Shown: piece after piece, positions 11,381-22,584 of the stretch | How positions within the stretch are numbered: the stretch's first letter is position 1 | How the letters are laid out: each line of letters starts with the position of its first letter | NCBI GenBank assembly: GCA_013239625.1 | Contig: MU053934.1 | Location: 1,023,285 to 1,087,284 of the forward strand | Source of the DNA: Lama guanicoe | Taxonomy: Eukaryota | Length of the DNA stretch: 64,000 nucleotides | Reading direction: 5' to 3' | Program-made: the position numbers and the translations under genes | The notes under the pieces: generated by a model | The model's database searches: none | Told to the model about the DNA's origin: nothing | The model's input: only the letters and a program-made list of their open reading frames with translations

Positions 11381-13454
11381 AGTAACTTCATATATGACTT
11401 TGAAACTTCAAACAGACGTTTAGTAATGAATGGAGATAACACTCCCCTGACATTACGGGAGCTGGAGGGAAAATGGAGCTGACTTTCCTCAAACTCAGTT
11501 TCCCTAGGGCTGTTTCCAGAGCCCTTGTTGGGTAAAGGGCACCCTGCATGAATCTGGCCTGTTCTCTGGCTTCCTTGGGGCGTGACCCTTGACTGCGTGG
11601 TCAGGTGGCTCACCACTGCCCTGCATTCCACCTGGGAGAAGCAGGAAAGAGGACAGAGCTGAGAAGTACTCACTCACTTCTATCAGGAAAATACCCCTTT
11701 GCCTGCTGATGTTTCATGTCCAACTGGAGAGGCAGGAGGGGGCCACTTTGAGGAGGCATGAGAAACAAACAGCAATAAATCAAATGGCACTTGAGAAGCC
11801 TGGGGGTCTGGAAGCCAAAGCCAAACTTCAAAATGCATTGCAGGTCTCTCAGCTTCCAGTGAGAAAGGGGAAGTCACCCCCGCACCAAGGGCATCTCTGG
11901 GCTCTTTCCTCTGCTGGTCCTGGTCATGTATTTTAAGATTCAGTCATTCATTCAGCACCTACAAAGCAAGGCAATGAGGAAAAGATGAGAGAGTTAATGA
12001 ACTAAGATGGAAGAGAAAACTGAGTTGCATTTTTGCTCCCAAGAGAGTTACAGTTTTGAGGGATGTGGCAACAGGCAAGTAAAGAAATGAAACCTCAGAA
12101 GTGGATGGAAGTCAAATCATACCATACACTTTTCTGCCCTATGAAGGACTCCTTCTGAAGGACAATGGACATTACTGATGGGTTTTAAGGGAGTGACATG
12201 ATCAGAAATACGTTTCGTAAAAGTGGTTGAAGGACAGTCTTTCCTTCTTCAGGAACAAGTTCCTCTCGTATGTTGGGAGAGGGAGGTGGTTCAGAAGTGA
12301 GGAGCAGAAAACTAGCTTCCTATTCCTGAACCCTCGGAAAGATACCAGGCTCATATTAACTACAGTTGTTGTCCTGACTGGTGCAACTTCTCTTCAGTTG
12401 TGGGTTCTTCTTCTCCAAAATCCCCACTTCCGCCTTGGACCACTCACCCTCTCCATGGCAGGACACTTCACTGCCCTCTTTTGTTTTTCCAAAGCCGTAT
12501 GAGTATGTCACACTTTACAGAGGGGCTGGAGGTAAACAGTGTCTAAAGCACAATTCTCAGAAGAACTGATGAGAAGCATGTGCCATAACTTTATTTCTGA
12601 CTTGCAACAGAGGAGCCCACAAAAAGAAAAACTAAACAGTTCAGGTGTTCTTTTAGTGAAAGAGTCAATATTGTAAGGGGAGGGGGGGAGCCATGTATGA
12701 TTGTCAGCCTGAGTAGAAGGAGAAAATGTCCCATTAAAGGTCATTAGATTGGTCACAAGTCTACTAAAAGTGGCTGCAGTTTCTCCAGCTGTGAAGGTCA
12801 AAGCCCAGGTTCCCAATGGGCTATTCACCAGCCCTACTGTCCATTAAAAAAAAAAATCAAAGAGCAAACTTCTCCTTCCAACTGGCCATCTGAAAGTGGT
12901 TCAGCAATACCAGATAACATTTTTATTTTCCTTTTATTTCTTGGAGTGTAGAAAAGAAAATAAAAAAAAACCTCAAGACTGCAAAAGTAAGAGTTTGCCC
13001 AGAGCACAGGGGAAAACCATCCAAGAAGCCAGTCTTTTCATGGGAGTTGTAACAAGATAGTAAGTTCTGCACAAGGGTCTCGAGTGGTATGGGGCTGCCC
13101 TACATGTCCTGCTGAGATCTGGGAGAGGACTGTTGGCCAAGGACTAAAACTGATTCCTAGAAATGGTTTGGTTCCTATGTAAGAATTACATCATAATTTT
13201 CAAGGACTCTTTCCCACAAAGAAATTACACATCTTTAATGCAGATGGGCTGGCGCTCTCCCTTCCCCATAAGTTTGACAGTTTCCCAATGTTTCATGGCA
13301 ACATTTTCCGGTGAGGGTTTTTCTTTTTGTAAATTTGTTTTCCTCTTCCCTTCCTTCCATTTTCTCATAGTATCTTCGATTAAAACCTCTGCTGGCTCTT
13401 CCTTATTTCATATCTTAAGGAGGTGAGTTTTTTCCTGGGAACAAGAATTCCATG

Positions 13455-13634
13455 AAAGCAAATCTTGGTGGACTTACCACCTGTGCCATTGTACAAGGTC
13501 CTTTGGACATAGTGCTCCGTGCTGGGCTCAATGCTCTGCTGTCATCATCCTAAAATTTTTAATAACTTCTAAACAAAAGACCTCACATTTTCATTTGTCA
13601 CTGTGCCCCATGTTGCATTTTACAGGTATTTCTG
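13455..13634 (+). mobile_element. hAT-Tip100 non-autonomous DNA transposon, MER45A-like
   Basis: tcaatgctctgctgtcatcatcctaaaatttttaataacttctaaacaaaagacctcacattttcatttgtcactgtgcccca matches the recalled MER45A consensus. Confidence 0.65.
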
Positions 13635-14809
13635 GAAATATAAAAAGAGACCCACTGCTAGACTGCTTTTCTCTTCTGGCTCCTAAGTGAACTACATCAA
13701 ATTCCAGGCTAGAAGTTTGAAATTACCACTTGTAGGTCCTCCATTAAGTCAACCGAAGGCCATCTACTAATAAGTGGAAAGTAACTAAAGGGGAAAAAAA
13801 GTAGATTTTAAAGCACAATTCTGTTTATGCCCAATGCCTCAAGCAGTTCTAAAATTCTAAAGAATATTTGTTGAATGAGGATTAAGCAATCAGTTCTCAG
13901 AACAGGCCTTTGATAGAGCATCATTGTTTATGTCTTAAAGATAAGAAGAGGACAAATGTCGTGCCCAAGGTCATATAATACTCAAGTGACGCAGTCTGGC
14001 TTGGAGGCCAGGCCTTCCAGCCCTGGTCTAGTGTTTTGATTAGAGCGCTCCCCCAAGCAGACTTAAACGCTGGGCACATCGGTGCTTTCCGTTAGGTCTC
14101 CCAGACCATCCTTGCTCCAACTCGGTGATCCTTTCATTGATGAACAAGACCTTCTTACTTCCTCTGTCCACCCCTGGTCAAAGACTGAGCTCAAATCCTT
14201 CATTTACACCAAAAGGACCCTGGCTAAAGAAAATGTAAATCTTTGACGATTCAGTAGGATTTTATGTTTTAGTAGAATTCAAATACTTGCCTGAAATAAT
14301 TAAGTTCCAGAAACATAATGTTCAATATCATTGGGTAAAATCTTTTGGAGATTCTGGTTTGGGGACCTTTGGCCCCAGATATCTTACCACCTAGGAGAAG
14401 AAAGAGTAAACCATTGAGAGCCTTCAAGGCCCTCAGTTTCTGCTCCCCTGGCTTGCTATGTGAAGTAACCCAGCCATAGAGTTCATTCTGGGGCTTTGTT
14501 CCTCCCCTAATAGAGAGGGTGGACTTGGTGATCTTGGCAGCTCAGATCCTCTGTACAGTGTCTCTTTTTTATTATCACATGTTGGCCAACTCTGAACATG
14601 GAGCTGTAAATCATCCCTGGGAGAATGTCATCACGTGTCCACCTTCTCCAAAGGGAACCCCATCCACAGCCCTCTTATTCTGAGCCAAGCTCAAGCTGCC
14701 ACTCACATCCCACCCAGCCCATGGACCACAAGAGCTGCTGTTGGTGCCAGAGGACTCTTGCCTTAGGACTAGGTTGGGATGAGTTTGTCCCCAACCAGCA
14801 TACTGCATC

Positions 14810-16133
14810 TCTTAAACCTGCCCCATTTAGGCTGCCAACCCCACCTTTCACAGAAGTTGCTCAAGTCAAAGTGCTAATAACTTCCATGGTGCCAAATTCG
14901 ATGGCCAACGCTCAGTCTTCATCTAACTTGTCTATCAGCAGCCTTTGACACATGTGATGATTCACTTCTCATTGACATGTTCTCTTCATTCGGTTCCAGG
15001 ACAGCAAAACCAAATGGTTTTCCCAATACCTTCCTAGAGGCATCTTCTCAGGGTTCTTTGTGGGATCTTTTGCCATATCCTGACCGCAACATGTTGGGGC
15101 AACTCTCCCCACACCAGAACTCATTTCTAGTGCTCTCTGCATGGTTCTGTTCTTTCTCTAAGCTTTGAATACCATCTATAGGCTGTTAACTCTTAAATTT
15201 CTAGTTCCGCCTCAGAGCTCTTTCTCAAACTGCTGACTCATATGTGCAATGCTTACTTGACATCCCCACTCAGAAATCCAACAAGCATCTTGACCTTAGC
15301 ACGTCCAATAGCAGTCTTAATTCCAGCCCTAATCCTGCACTTCCTGTATTCCTCCCCATCCTCATAAGTGGTACCTTCATCCTTCCAGTGGTTTAAGCCA
15401 GAGACCTGGGAGTCCTGTTGACTCACGCTGCGTCCCAGTATTATCAAGGCCTGTCTGAGCTGCGTTCCCAATGTGTCCATAGCGTGACCTCCTCTGACCT
15501 TCTCCATTGCCTCTGGATTTTTGGCTATAGCTTCCTCATCAGGAAGAGCACTCCTTAAAAAAAATTTTTTTTCAGTTCATGGCCCTTTTCTGATAAAACT
15601 CTCCTCTGACGTGATACAGTGCACTCAGAATAAGATCCCAAGTCCTGAGTGTGCCCTGTAAGGCCACACACACGGTGGCTCACTCCTTCCCCTCCCGCGC
15701 TCTCCCTGTGTCACCGTGCTCCAGCCACACTGGCCTCCTTGCCCTGCTCGGCACCCCGCCTGCCTTCCCCCCGCCCGAGGTGTTCTTGACCTCCTTTTGT
15801 CAGGAACACTCCCTGGCTACCTCACTACTTGCTCCGTCACCCCAAACCCACCTCTGCTCAGGTGTGACCTCCCCAGACAGGTCTTCCTGGATCATCTCAT
15901 ATGAAAAGAGTGTGTTTCATCACTCTCCATCCCTCTTATCTGCTTTATTTTTCTTCTTAATATTTGTCACCCCCTACATGTTATGTATTAGTTTATTAAT
16001 TTATGGTCTGTCACACCTCACTAGGATGCAAGCTTTAGGACAATTGGAACTGGATTTTCTGTTTACTATCATTTCCCAGCATCTGGAACAAAGCTTGACA
16101 CACAGAATTTGCTCTAGAAATATTTATTGAAAG
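14810..16133 (+). mobile_element. L2 LINE (L2a-like), 3' ~1.3 kb
   Basis: ttgctcaagtcaaagtgctaataacttccatggtgccaaattc through the 3' tail cccagcatctggaacaaagcttgacacacag...aaatatttattgaa. Confidence 0.85.
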
Positions 16134-16876
16134 AGAGCTGAGCTCTGTCCCTTTTCTCTCAAGGCAAAGTCAGCTCTCACATACAACTTATGTGCAGACT
16201 CAAACATACACACAACGCCACTGTTCTCACATTCGCTCTGATCTACACTTGCTCTTCTTCACTATATGTACGCACCTGCAGGGTTTTCACAAAGCATGTG
16301 GCTCCCCCTAACGCCAGGTGAAACCAGGTGAAGGTCAGCGCTCAGGGACTGGTGACACAGAAGAAAGTTGCCAGAATAAAATTTGAAGTCTGTATGAAGA
16401 ATGCAAGGGAGCATACAGAAAATTTTAACAAGTCTTCGTAAGGTCTTTAAGACCTTACCAGTAGGCTCTGTAGCTACCCATGTCTGCACACTCAGACCCA
16501 TATGCACACTCTCACACACACCTGTATGCACATTCACACACTTAATAGCACACTATGTACACACAGACATGTACCTTCTCACTCACTGGCACACACTCAA
16601 AACTCATGCACCTGTGGGCTCTTCCTCACAGAAACCTACATATAGTACACACACATGTCCAGACACCAAACTCTTTCAGGTACGCACCATCATGCTAACG
16701 TGCATACTCACGTGCTGCCTTTCCAACTCCACACATCAACATACGAAAACGACTCACATACTCTTGCCAGCTTATTATCCACATGCTTAATCACAGAAAC
16801 ACCTAGTCTAACACTCTTAGACTCTGCAGACCATATTCACATCACATTTACTATACATTCAAGTCCATCTTTGCCT

Positions 16877-16901
16877 ACACACACACACACACACACACAC
16901 A
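16877..16901. repeat. (CA)n microsatellite ending a CA-rich low-complexity tract (~16480-16901)
   Basis: Direct reading. Confidence 0.9.
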
Positions 16902-17179
16902 TATGCTTTAGGAGCTAATTAAAATGCCGCATCCTGTTGTTACGACAACAGAAGCCCTCCAACTGCCTCAAGAAGTACAAGGAAACATGGAGTCAGAAGC
17001 CCAGAAGCAGCTTTGCGGAAGGTGGACCGCGAGATTATGAAGATGGTACCCTGAGTGGAGGGCCTTCCTTCCTTCTGCCTTGAGAAAACCGATGTTGTCA
17101 GATGAGACCTTCCCACACTTCCTGGTGGGATACCTGAAATATGTCTTTATCTGCATTTACACCTCCTTTCTCCCAGGCT

Positions 17180-18570
17180 CATTGGTCTTCTCTTTTCTGT
17201 GTGTGGACATTCTCCACCTGTGTTCTTGATCTCATGCCTTCCCCATCTCATCCCAGACACTGCTTTTCCAGACTTTTCTTCCCTCTTGGCTGCTTCCTCT
17301 CAGATGAGGAACATACTCAAATGTCTTTCATAGACATTCTGTTCTCCTCCCGTTGCTTCCTTCTTTCATCTTCAGAGCCAAGCTCTTCAAAAAAAATTGT
17401 CTACACTAGCTGTCTCCACTTCTTTACTTACCACCATTCAATCACTATAATCAAGATCTCCTTATCTATTGGCTGACACTTCCCCTGGCAAAGTCACCGT
17501 TGCCTGCTCTGTCGATAAACGCAGTGGATACCTTGGCATCTGCAATGATGTTGACTTGGTTTCCTTCTGTTGTAATTCTCTTTTTGTCTCTGATCATACC
17601 TCCTTCAGCTGCTTTTGCAGCCTTATCTTTCTCTTCTTACCCCTCATATTTTCTTGTTCCCCCAGGGTCCTGCCCTGGCTCCTGTCTTTCCCCCTCTATT
17701 CACTCTGCATCCATTTGAAATCATCTTCTCTCGTAGGTTCAACTAATCCCAGAGTTGTTCTTTGAGTTCCAGACCTATGTAATAACGCCTCATTAGGAAT
17801 CTCCACTCAGATGCTTCTCTAGCACCTGAAATTCTGCTGCACTTAGAATGTCTCTCCCCAAATCCTGCTCTTCTAACCATACTCTCTATCCTGGTACAAC
17901 CATACGATGCACTTACCCTCCTAAAGCCAAGAATCTGGTCATCGTCTTAGACTACTTCTTGCTCTTCTGGACCAAATCAGTTAGCAAGTCCTTGAGATTC
18001 CCTATGTTCTCCACCTCTCAGATTTTTTAAGTTGTTCTCAAATGTTGTTCATTGCCTCCTTTCCCATCCAGAAAAATACAGATGCACCCACCTATTTAAA
18101 TTTATCTTGTACTTAACCTTCTTGGTCATGGTACTTGCCATCTTAAAACCCTTCAGCAGTTTCTTTAGCCCATAGGGTAAATTTTGCATCCAGACAAAAC
18201 TCTTGTACCTGTAGGTCCTTAGTTGTGGCCAGATGGGTATTTCTGAGTTTCCCTGATAATTCCAGGCTCTTCAAACCTCCAAGACTTAGTCCTTGCTGCC
18301 TGCAATGCCCTTGCCCTCAACAGTTTCTGCCTCCTTGATGCCTTTAGTGACCATTTTCACCCATTTCTCCTTTGCTCCCTTACTCGATCCCGGACAGGCT
18401 TCCATCACTGTGGCTGTAATATGGAGCACTACTAGGGGGTCTGTCCTATGAGGACCATTAGTGCAGATCTGTCACCTTACCAGACTGAAGCTTCAGGAAA
18501 GCGGGGGTACTTCGCTCTCTTTGACAGCTTGAACACCACCATACTGCAGGTCTCTGCACTCAGTCAGTTG
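17180..18570 (+). mobile_element. Degraded L2 fragments
   Basis: Pyrimidine-rich L2-like text (tttgagttccagacctatgtaataacgcctc...atctccactcagatg...aagccaagaatctggtcatcgtcttagact). Confidence 0.6.
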
Positions 18571-18924
18571 TGTGTTAACAACCTACTCGGTGCTGTCACA
18601 GATGAAGTACTAAGTACACAAAGGCTTTGGGAGCCCCAAGAGGGAGGAAATAACACTGTAACCTCTGAAGTGTATCCAGAGCGGTGTTGCTGTTGCTCAA
18701 CCTGTGAACTGAATCCAGCAGAAACACATTTTGTTTGACACATGCAGTGTTTGTTGGAAAACTGGATAAGTCCCTAATTTACTACAGGCCTACGACTCCT
18801 TTTCATCTAATGCCTTCAGCTACTTTTCTTACCTGCCAGATTCCTGAAAGCTTTTATGTTCATGACCCTTACTTTAGAAAAAGATACGGTTTGGGGCATA
18901 CAAAGAACAGAAAAGGGCCTTTCT

Positions 18925-19165
18925 CTGCTGTATAATGGTTAAAAGAGGAGATATTTTAGAATCAAATGGACTGTGTTTGAATCACTCACTTACCGGCTAT
19001 ATGACATCAGGCAATTTAATTCACCTTTCTGGGCCTCAGTTTTCTTCCATTGTCAATGCAGGGATATGAAAAGTGCCTAAATCACTGTGTTGTTATGAAG
19101 ACCAAATAAGTAAGTACAGTTAAAGCACTAGAACAATACACTCAGTAAATGTTCGCTGTTATTCA
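18925..19165 (+). mobile_element. MIR SINE
   Basis: tataatggttaaaag...tttgaatc...ttctgggcctcagttttctt...ctcagtaaatgttcgctgttatt. Confidence 0.75.
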
Positions 19166-19712
19166 TTGGGCAGAGGAGATCAGAGGGGCAAAGCCTTCAG
19201 AGTTTGAAAGAACATTGCATGTTTGGGGGAAGTTAAGAAACTAAATGAGGATGGAATAGAAAGTGAATCGGTGAGGGTTTGCCAATACCCAGCTGAAGGC
19301 AGAAAGCAAAATAGTCACTCAATATATCTCAGGAGGCTTAATGGTTAGTTGAATGAAGGAATAAATGTTCCCAAGGCTTTTATTGGCTTGGGAGTCTGGC
19401 TACCATGTGGCTTGGATAAGAATGAAAGGGATTCATTCATGGTTCATATTTTGGGTTCCTCCTGTGTGCCAGGCACTGTACTAGGTGCTTGTGAATAAAA
19501 TGAAGGTCTCTGCCCTCCTAGACCTTACATTCTAGCAGGAAATGACAGGAAATAAATAGAATGCATCACAATTATATTGTGTAATACATTGGAAAGCAAT
19601 GAATGTGCATACCTGGTTGCTGGGAGGAGTAGACTGGTTGCAAGGGTACCGGCAGGGATCCAAAGTGGTGATGGTGGTGGTGGTGATGAAGTGTGTGTGT
19701 CTGTGTGTGTAT

Positions 19713-19931
19713 TAGGGTTTTTCAAGCTCAGCACTCTTGACACTGAGGCTGGATAGTTCTTTGTTGGGAGGTGGGTACTGTCCTGTGCACTGTAGGATGT
19801 TTATCAGCACCCCTGGCCAATACTCAGTAGATGCCAGCACCACCCACCTCAGTTATGACAATCAAATATGTCTTCAGATATTGCCAAATGCCCCCTGGGG
19901 GAGCAAAACTGTTCCTGGTTGAGAACCACTG
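19713..19931 (+). mobile_element. MER20 hAT-Charlie DNA transposon (near full length)
   Basis: ctcagcactcttgacac...ctgtcctgtgcactgtaggatgtttatcagcacccctggcc...gatattgccaaatgccccctggggg...ggttgagaaccactg. Confidence 0.9.
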
Positions 19932-20199
19932 CTTTGTCTCATGACCCTGTTTAGCAACTACCACTGCTTGACTTTATGTTACATATTTACTTCCTTGGCC
20001 TGTCCTCTAGACACCTAAGTTGAAAGTTCTCTGAGTCCATTAGCTCCATTCCACCAGAATGAAGCACCACAAACGCAGACTCCATGCCCTCTTGTTCACT
20101 GCCATATTCTGAGCACCTGGCATAGGCTAGGAAACCAATCATCATTTGTTACATTAATGAAAAAAAAACTTTCAAAAGAGGCAAATCTGAAATGTCACT

Positions 20200-20330
20200 G
20201 ATCAGAGAGACTTGCTGTGCCTTTGGGTAAGTTACTTAACCTCTCTGTGCCTCAGTTTCCTTATCTACCAAATGGAGATAATGATAGTACCTACCTCATG
20301 GGTTGGTTATGGCAATTAAATTTAGAGTAA
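20200..20330 (+). mobile_element. MIR SINE core
   Basis: gggtaagttacttaacctctctgtgcctcagtttccttatctaccaaatggagataatgatagtacctacctcatgggttg. Confidence 0.9.
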
Positions 20331-21804
20331 CCTTGTATTCTGATTTGCTTGGAACAAGTTTGCCTGTTTGTTGCAGCATAATTATTAATAATGCTACTTT
20401 TTACTCCCCAAAGTGTCCTGATTTGGTTAATACATCGTATGACAACCCACGCTAAAGTGTTAATGCTGGTACACTGCTTAGAAGGTGCCTGGCACGTGCC
20501 AAGGAGGCCACAGTTCTTATTTATTATCCAGGCTGTTTCCCTGATTGAAACTCCTCCATGGATTCCCATGTGGTTAGCATGATGTCCAGCTGTGTCCGAT
20601 GACTTGCAGTTTTCCTGATGATCTGACTACCGCTGATTCTCCAGCCTCAACTCTCAACATCCCCTCTCTCCACTGCCCCCCTGTCCATTTTGAAAACTTC
20701 TTGCCATGGTCTTCCCAACCCCAGGACTTGGAACTTACTATTTTTCTTCCTAAAAAAAACTCCTTCTCCAGTTTTCATCTGTGTAATCCCAACTTGCCCT
20801 ATAGGTCTGGACTTAAATGTCACTTCTTCCAAGAAGCCAGCATATAATCTGCAAACTGACTTCCTTGACTCTGTGTTACCATAGTACCCTAGCACCCCAA
20901 TTTACTATAATTAATGATTTATAGCCTCCCTTTTCTTACTGTGCTGTGGGTTGTAGGACTATGTCTTGTGACTCTATTTTCTCACTGCTGTATCCAGGGA
21001 TAGAATTTACATTAGGCAGTCAATAATTATTTATTTATTGGGTGAATAAATTAATTAACTAATGGCAAATCTTGGTTCTGACACTGCCTGCAAATTTGTA
21101 CCATTTACTGATGCTCTTTGAGACTTTTTTTTGTCATTATAATAACAGCTATCTCATTATGCTAAGAATAGACGGAATAATGTATGTTGAGTTTCTTGCA
21201 CATAGTAGGTGTGTAATACATGTAAAGAGTTGGAGCCCACCTCTTTTGAACCTAACCTGCATTAGAACCTCTCAAACAAAGTTACCATCTTATTTATCCT
21301 GATGTAACTCGAAGAGCGGGAGACAACCTCACGTTCTCCCTAATCACACTTGAAAGATGAGATTCCGATAATGAATGAAAGATGATTTTGTCATAATGGG
21401 GTTTCATTTTCATATTGCTAGGTTTGAAAGCAATTTAACAGGAAAAAAATGCTATATGTCCTAAATGGTTAATGACCCTCAGCAAGCAATCTGTCCAGCA
21501 TGAGAAAGATTTCTTTTGGAATTTGACAGCTGATCTATAATCAGGTTCTGCTTGGCTGCTGCCCTGAGCCCCTCCCCGTAGCTCTCCTTGGGGCTCAGTG
21601 AACACCCTATGGAAGAAAATAGCCCAAGCCTTTTATCACATGCATTTCTGATTTCCCAGAAGCTTCCCCATGGAGGAGGGCTTGCGGATGCTTGCCAGAT
21701 GTTGCTTTATCTTGTGGGAGATGAATGCCTTCTCCAAGTGTTTTGAGGCTTATGCTTGGTGAAATTATGGAGCTGGTATGTTCTTTCCCTTCTTCTTTCC
21801 CTTT

Positions 21805-22320
21805 ATTCATTCAATGAACATTAATTTAGCAACTACTATCTCAGAGACTGTGATTGCAAAAATAAGCAACAGAGTTTCTGCCTCTAAAACTCCCAATTGA
21901 ATAAGAGATACAGAGCAATGAAGCAGACTGCTGTGATAAGGATTGCTTGCTGCCCTGAGAGGAAGCGCACAGGTGACGCAGGAACCCCGAGGAAGGACGC
22001 CGGCTGTGTTCTGTGCTGGGGTCAGGGAGGGCTTCCTGAAGGAGGTGTCAGGAAGGATAAGCACTAGCTCAACAGGGGAGTAAAAGGTATTTTAGGCAGA
22101 AGGAATTGCATTTGAGAAGGCAGAGGGGGTAAAGCAGCCCAGCCTGCAGAGGAAACAGCAAATTATTCAGGAGAGGTGTTTTATGTGCCAGCCAGAGGAG
22201 TTTAGTAGATGAGGACAAAGAGGTAGACAGGATCCAGATCGTGAAGGCCTTAGATGTCCTTTAGGAGATTAAGCTTGCTTTAAGGCTGTGGGGACCACAG
22301 GAAGTTTTAAGCAAGGTTGC
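21805..22320 (-). mobile_element. L2 LINE 3' fragment
   Basis: attcattcaatgaacattaatttagcaactact tail and gtcagggagggcttcctgaaggaggtg. Confidence 0.75.
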
Positions 22321-22379
22321 ATTCCAGTCCAAACAGACCAGACAAGAGATAAAGCCTACCAATTAGACCTAGTATTCAG

Positions 22380-22575
22380 TGCAGTGGCAGCCTGCTGGTC
22401 GACAGGTACGCTCTCACCCAGGATCCCCATTTCTGGTTACAGTGCAGCCAGGTGTGGCCATGAGACAGAGCTCTAGCCAAAGCTGGAGTGTACAAACCCA
22501 AAGAGGTACACAGCCGAGTCATGGAGGGAGCTCTAGAAAAGCATTTGAAAGGCAGAGAGTTGATTGAGAGCCTTT
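22380..22575 (+). mobile_element. MLT1-type LTR fragment
   Basis: tgcagccaggtgtggccatgagacagagctctagccaa is a conserved MLT1H-J motif. Confidence 0.5.
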
Positions 22576-22584
22576 GTATAGGGT

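Noticed and set aside
15651..16130. 159-aa ORF
   Set aside because: Lies wholly within the 3' part of an L2 element; chance ORF.
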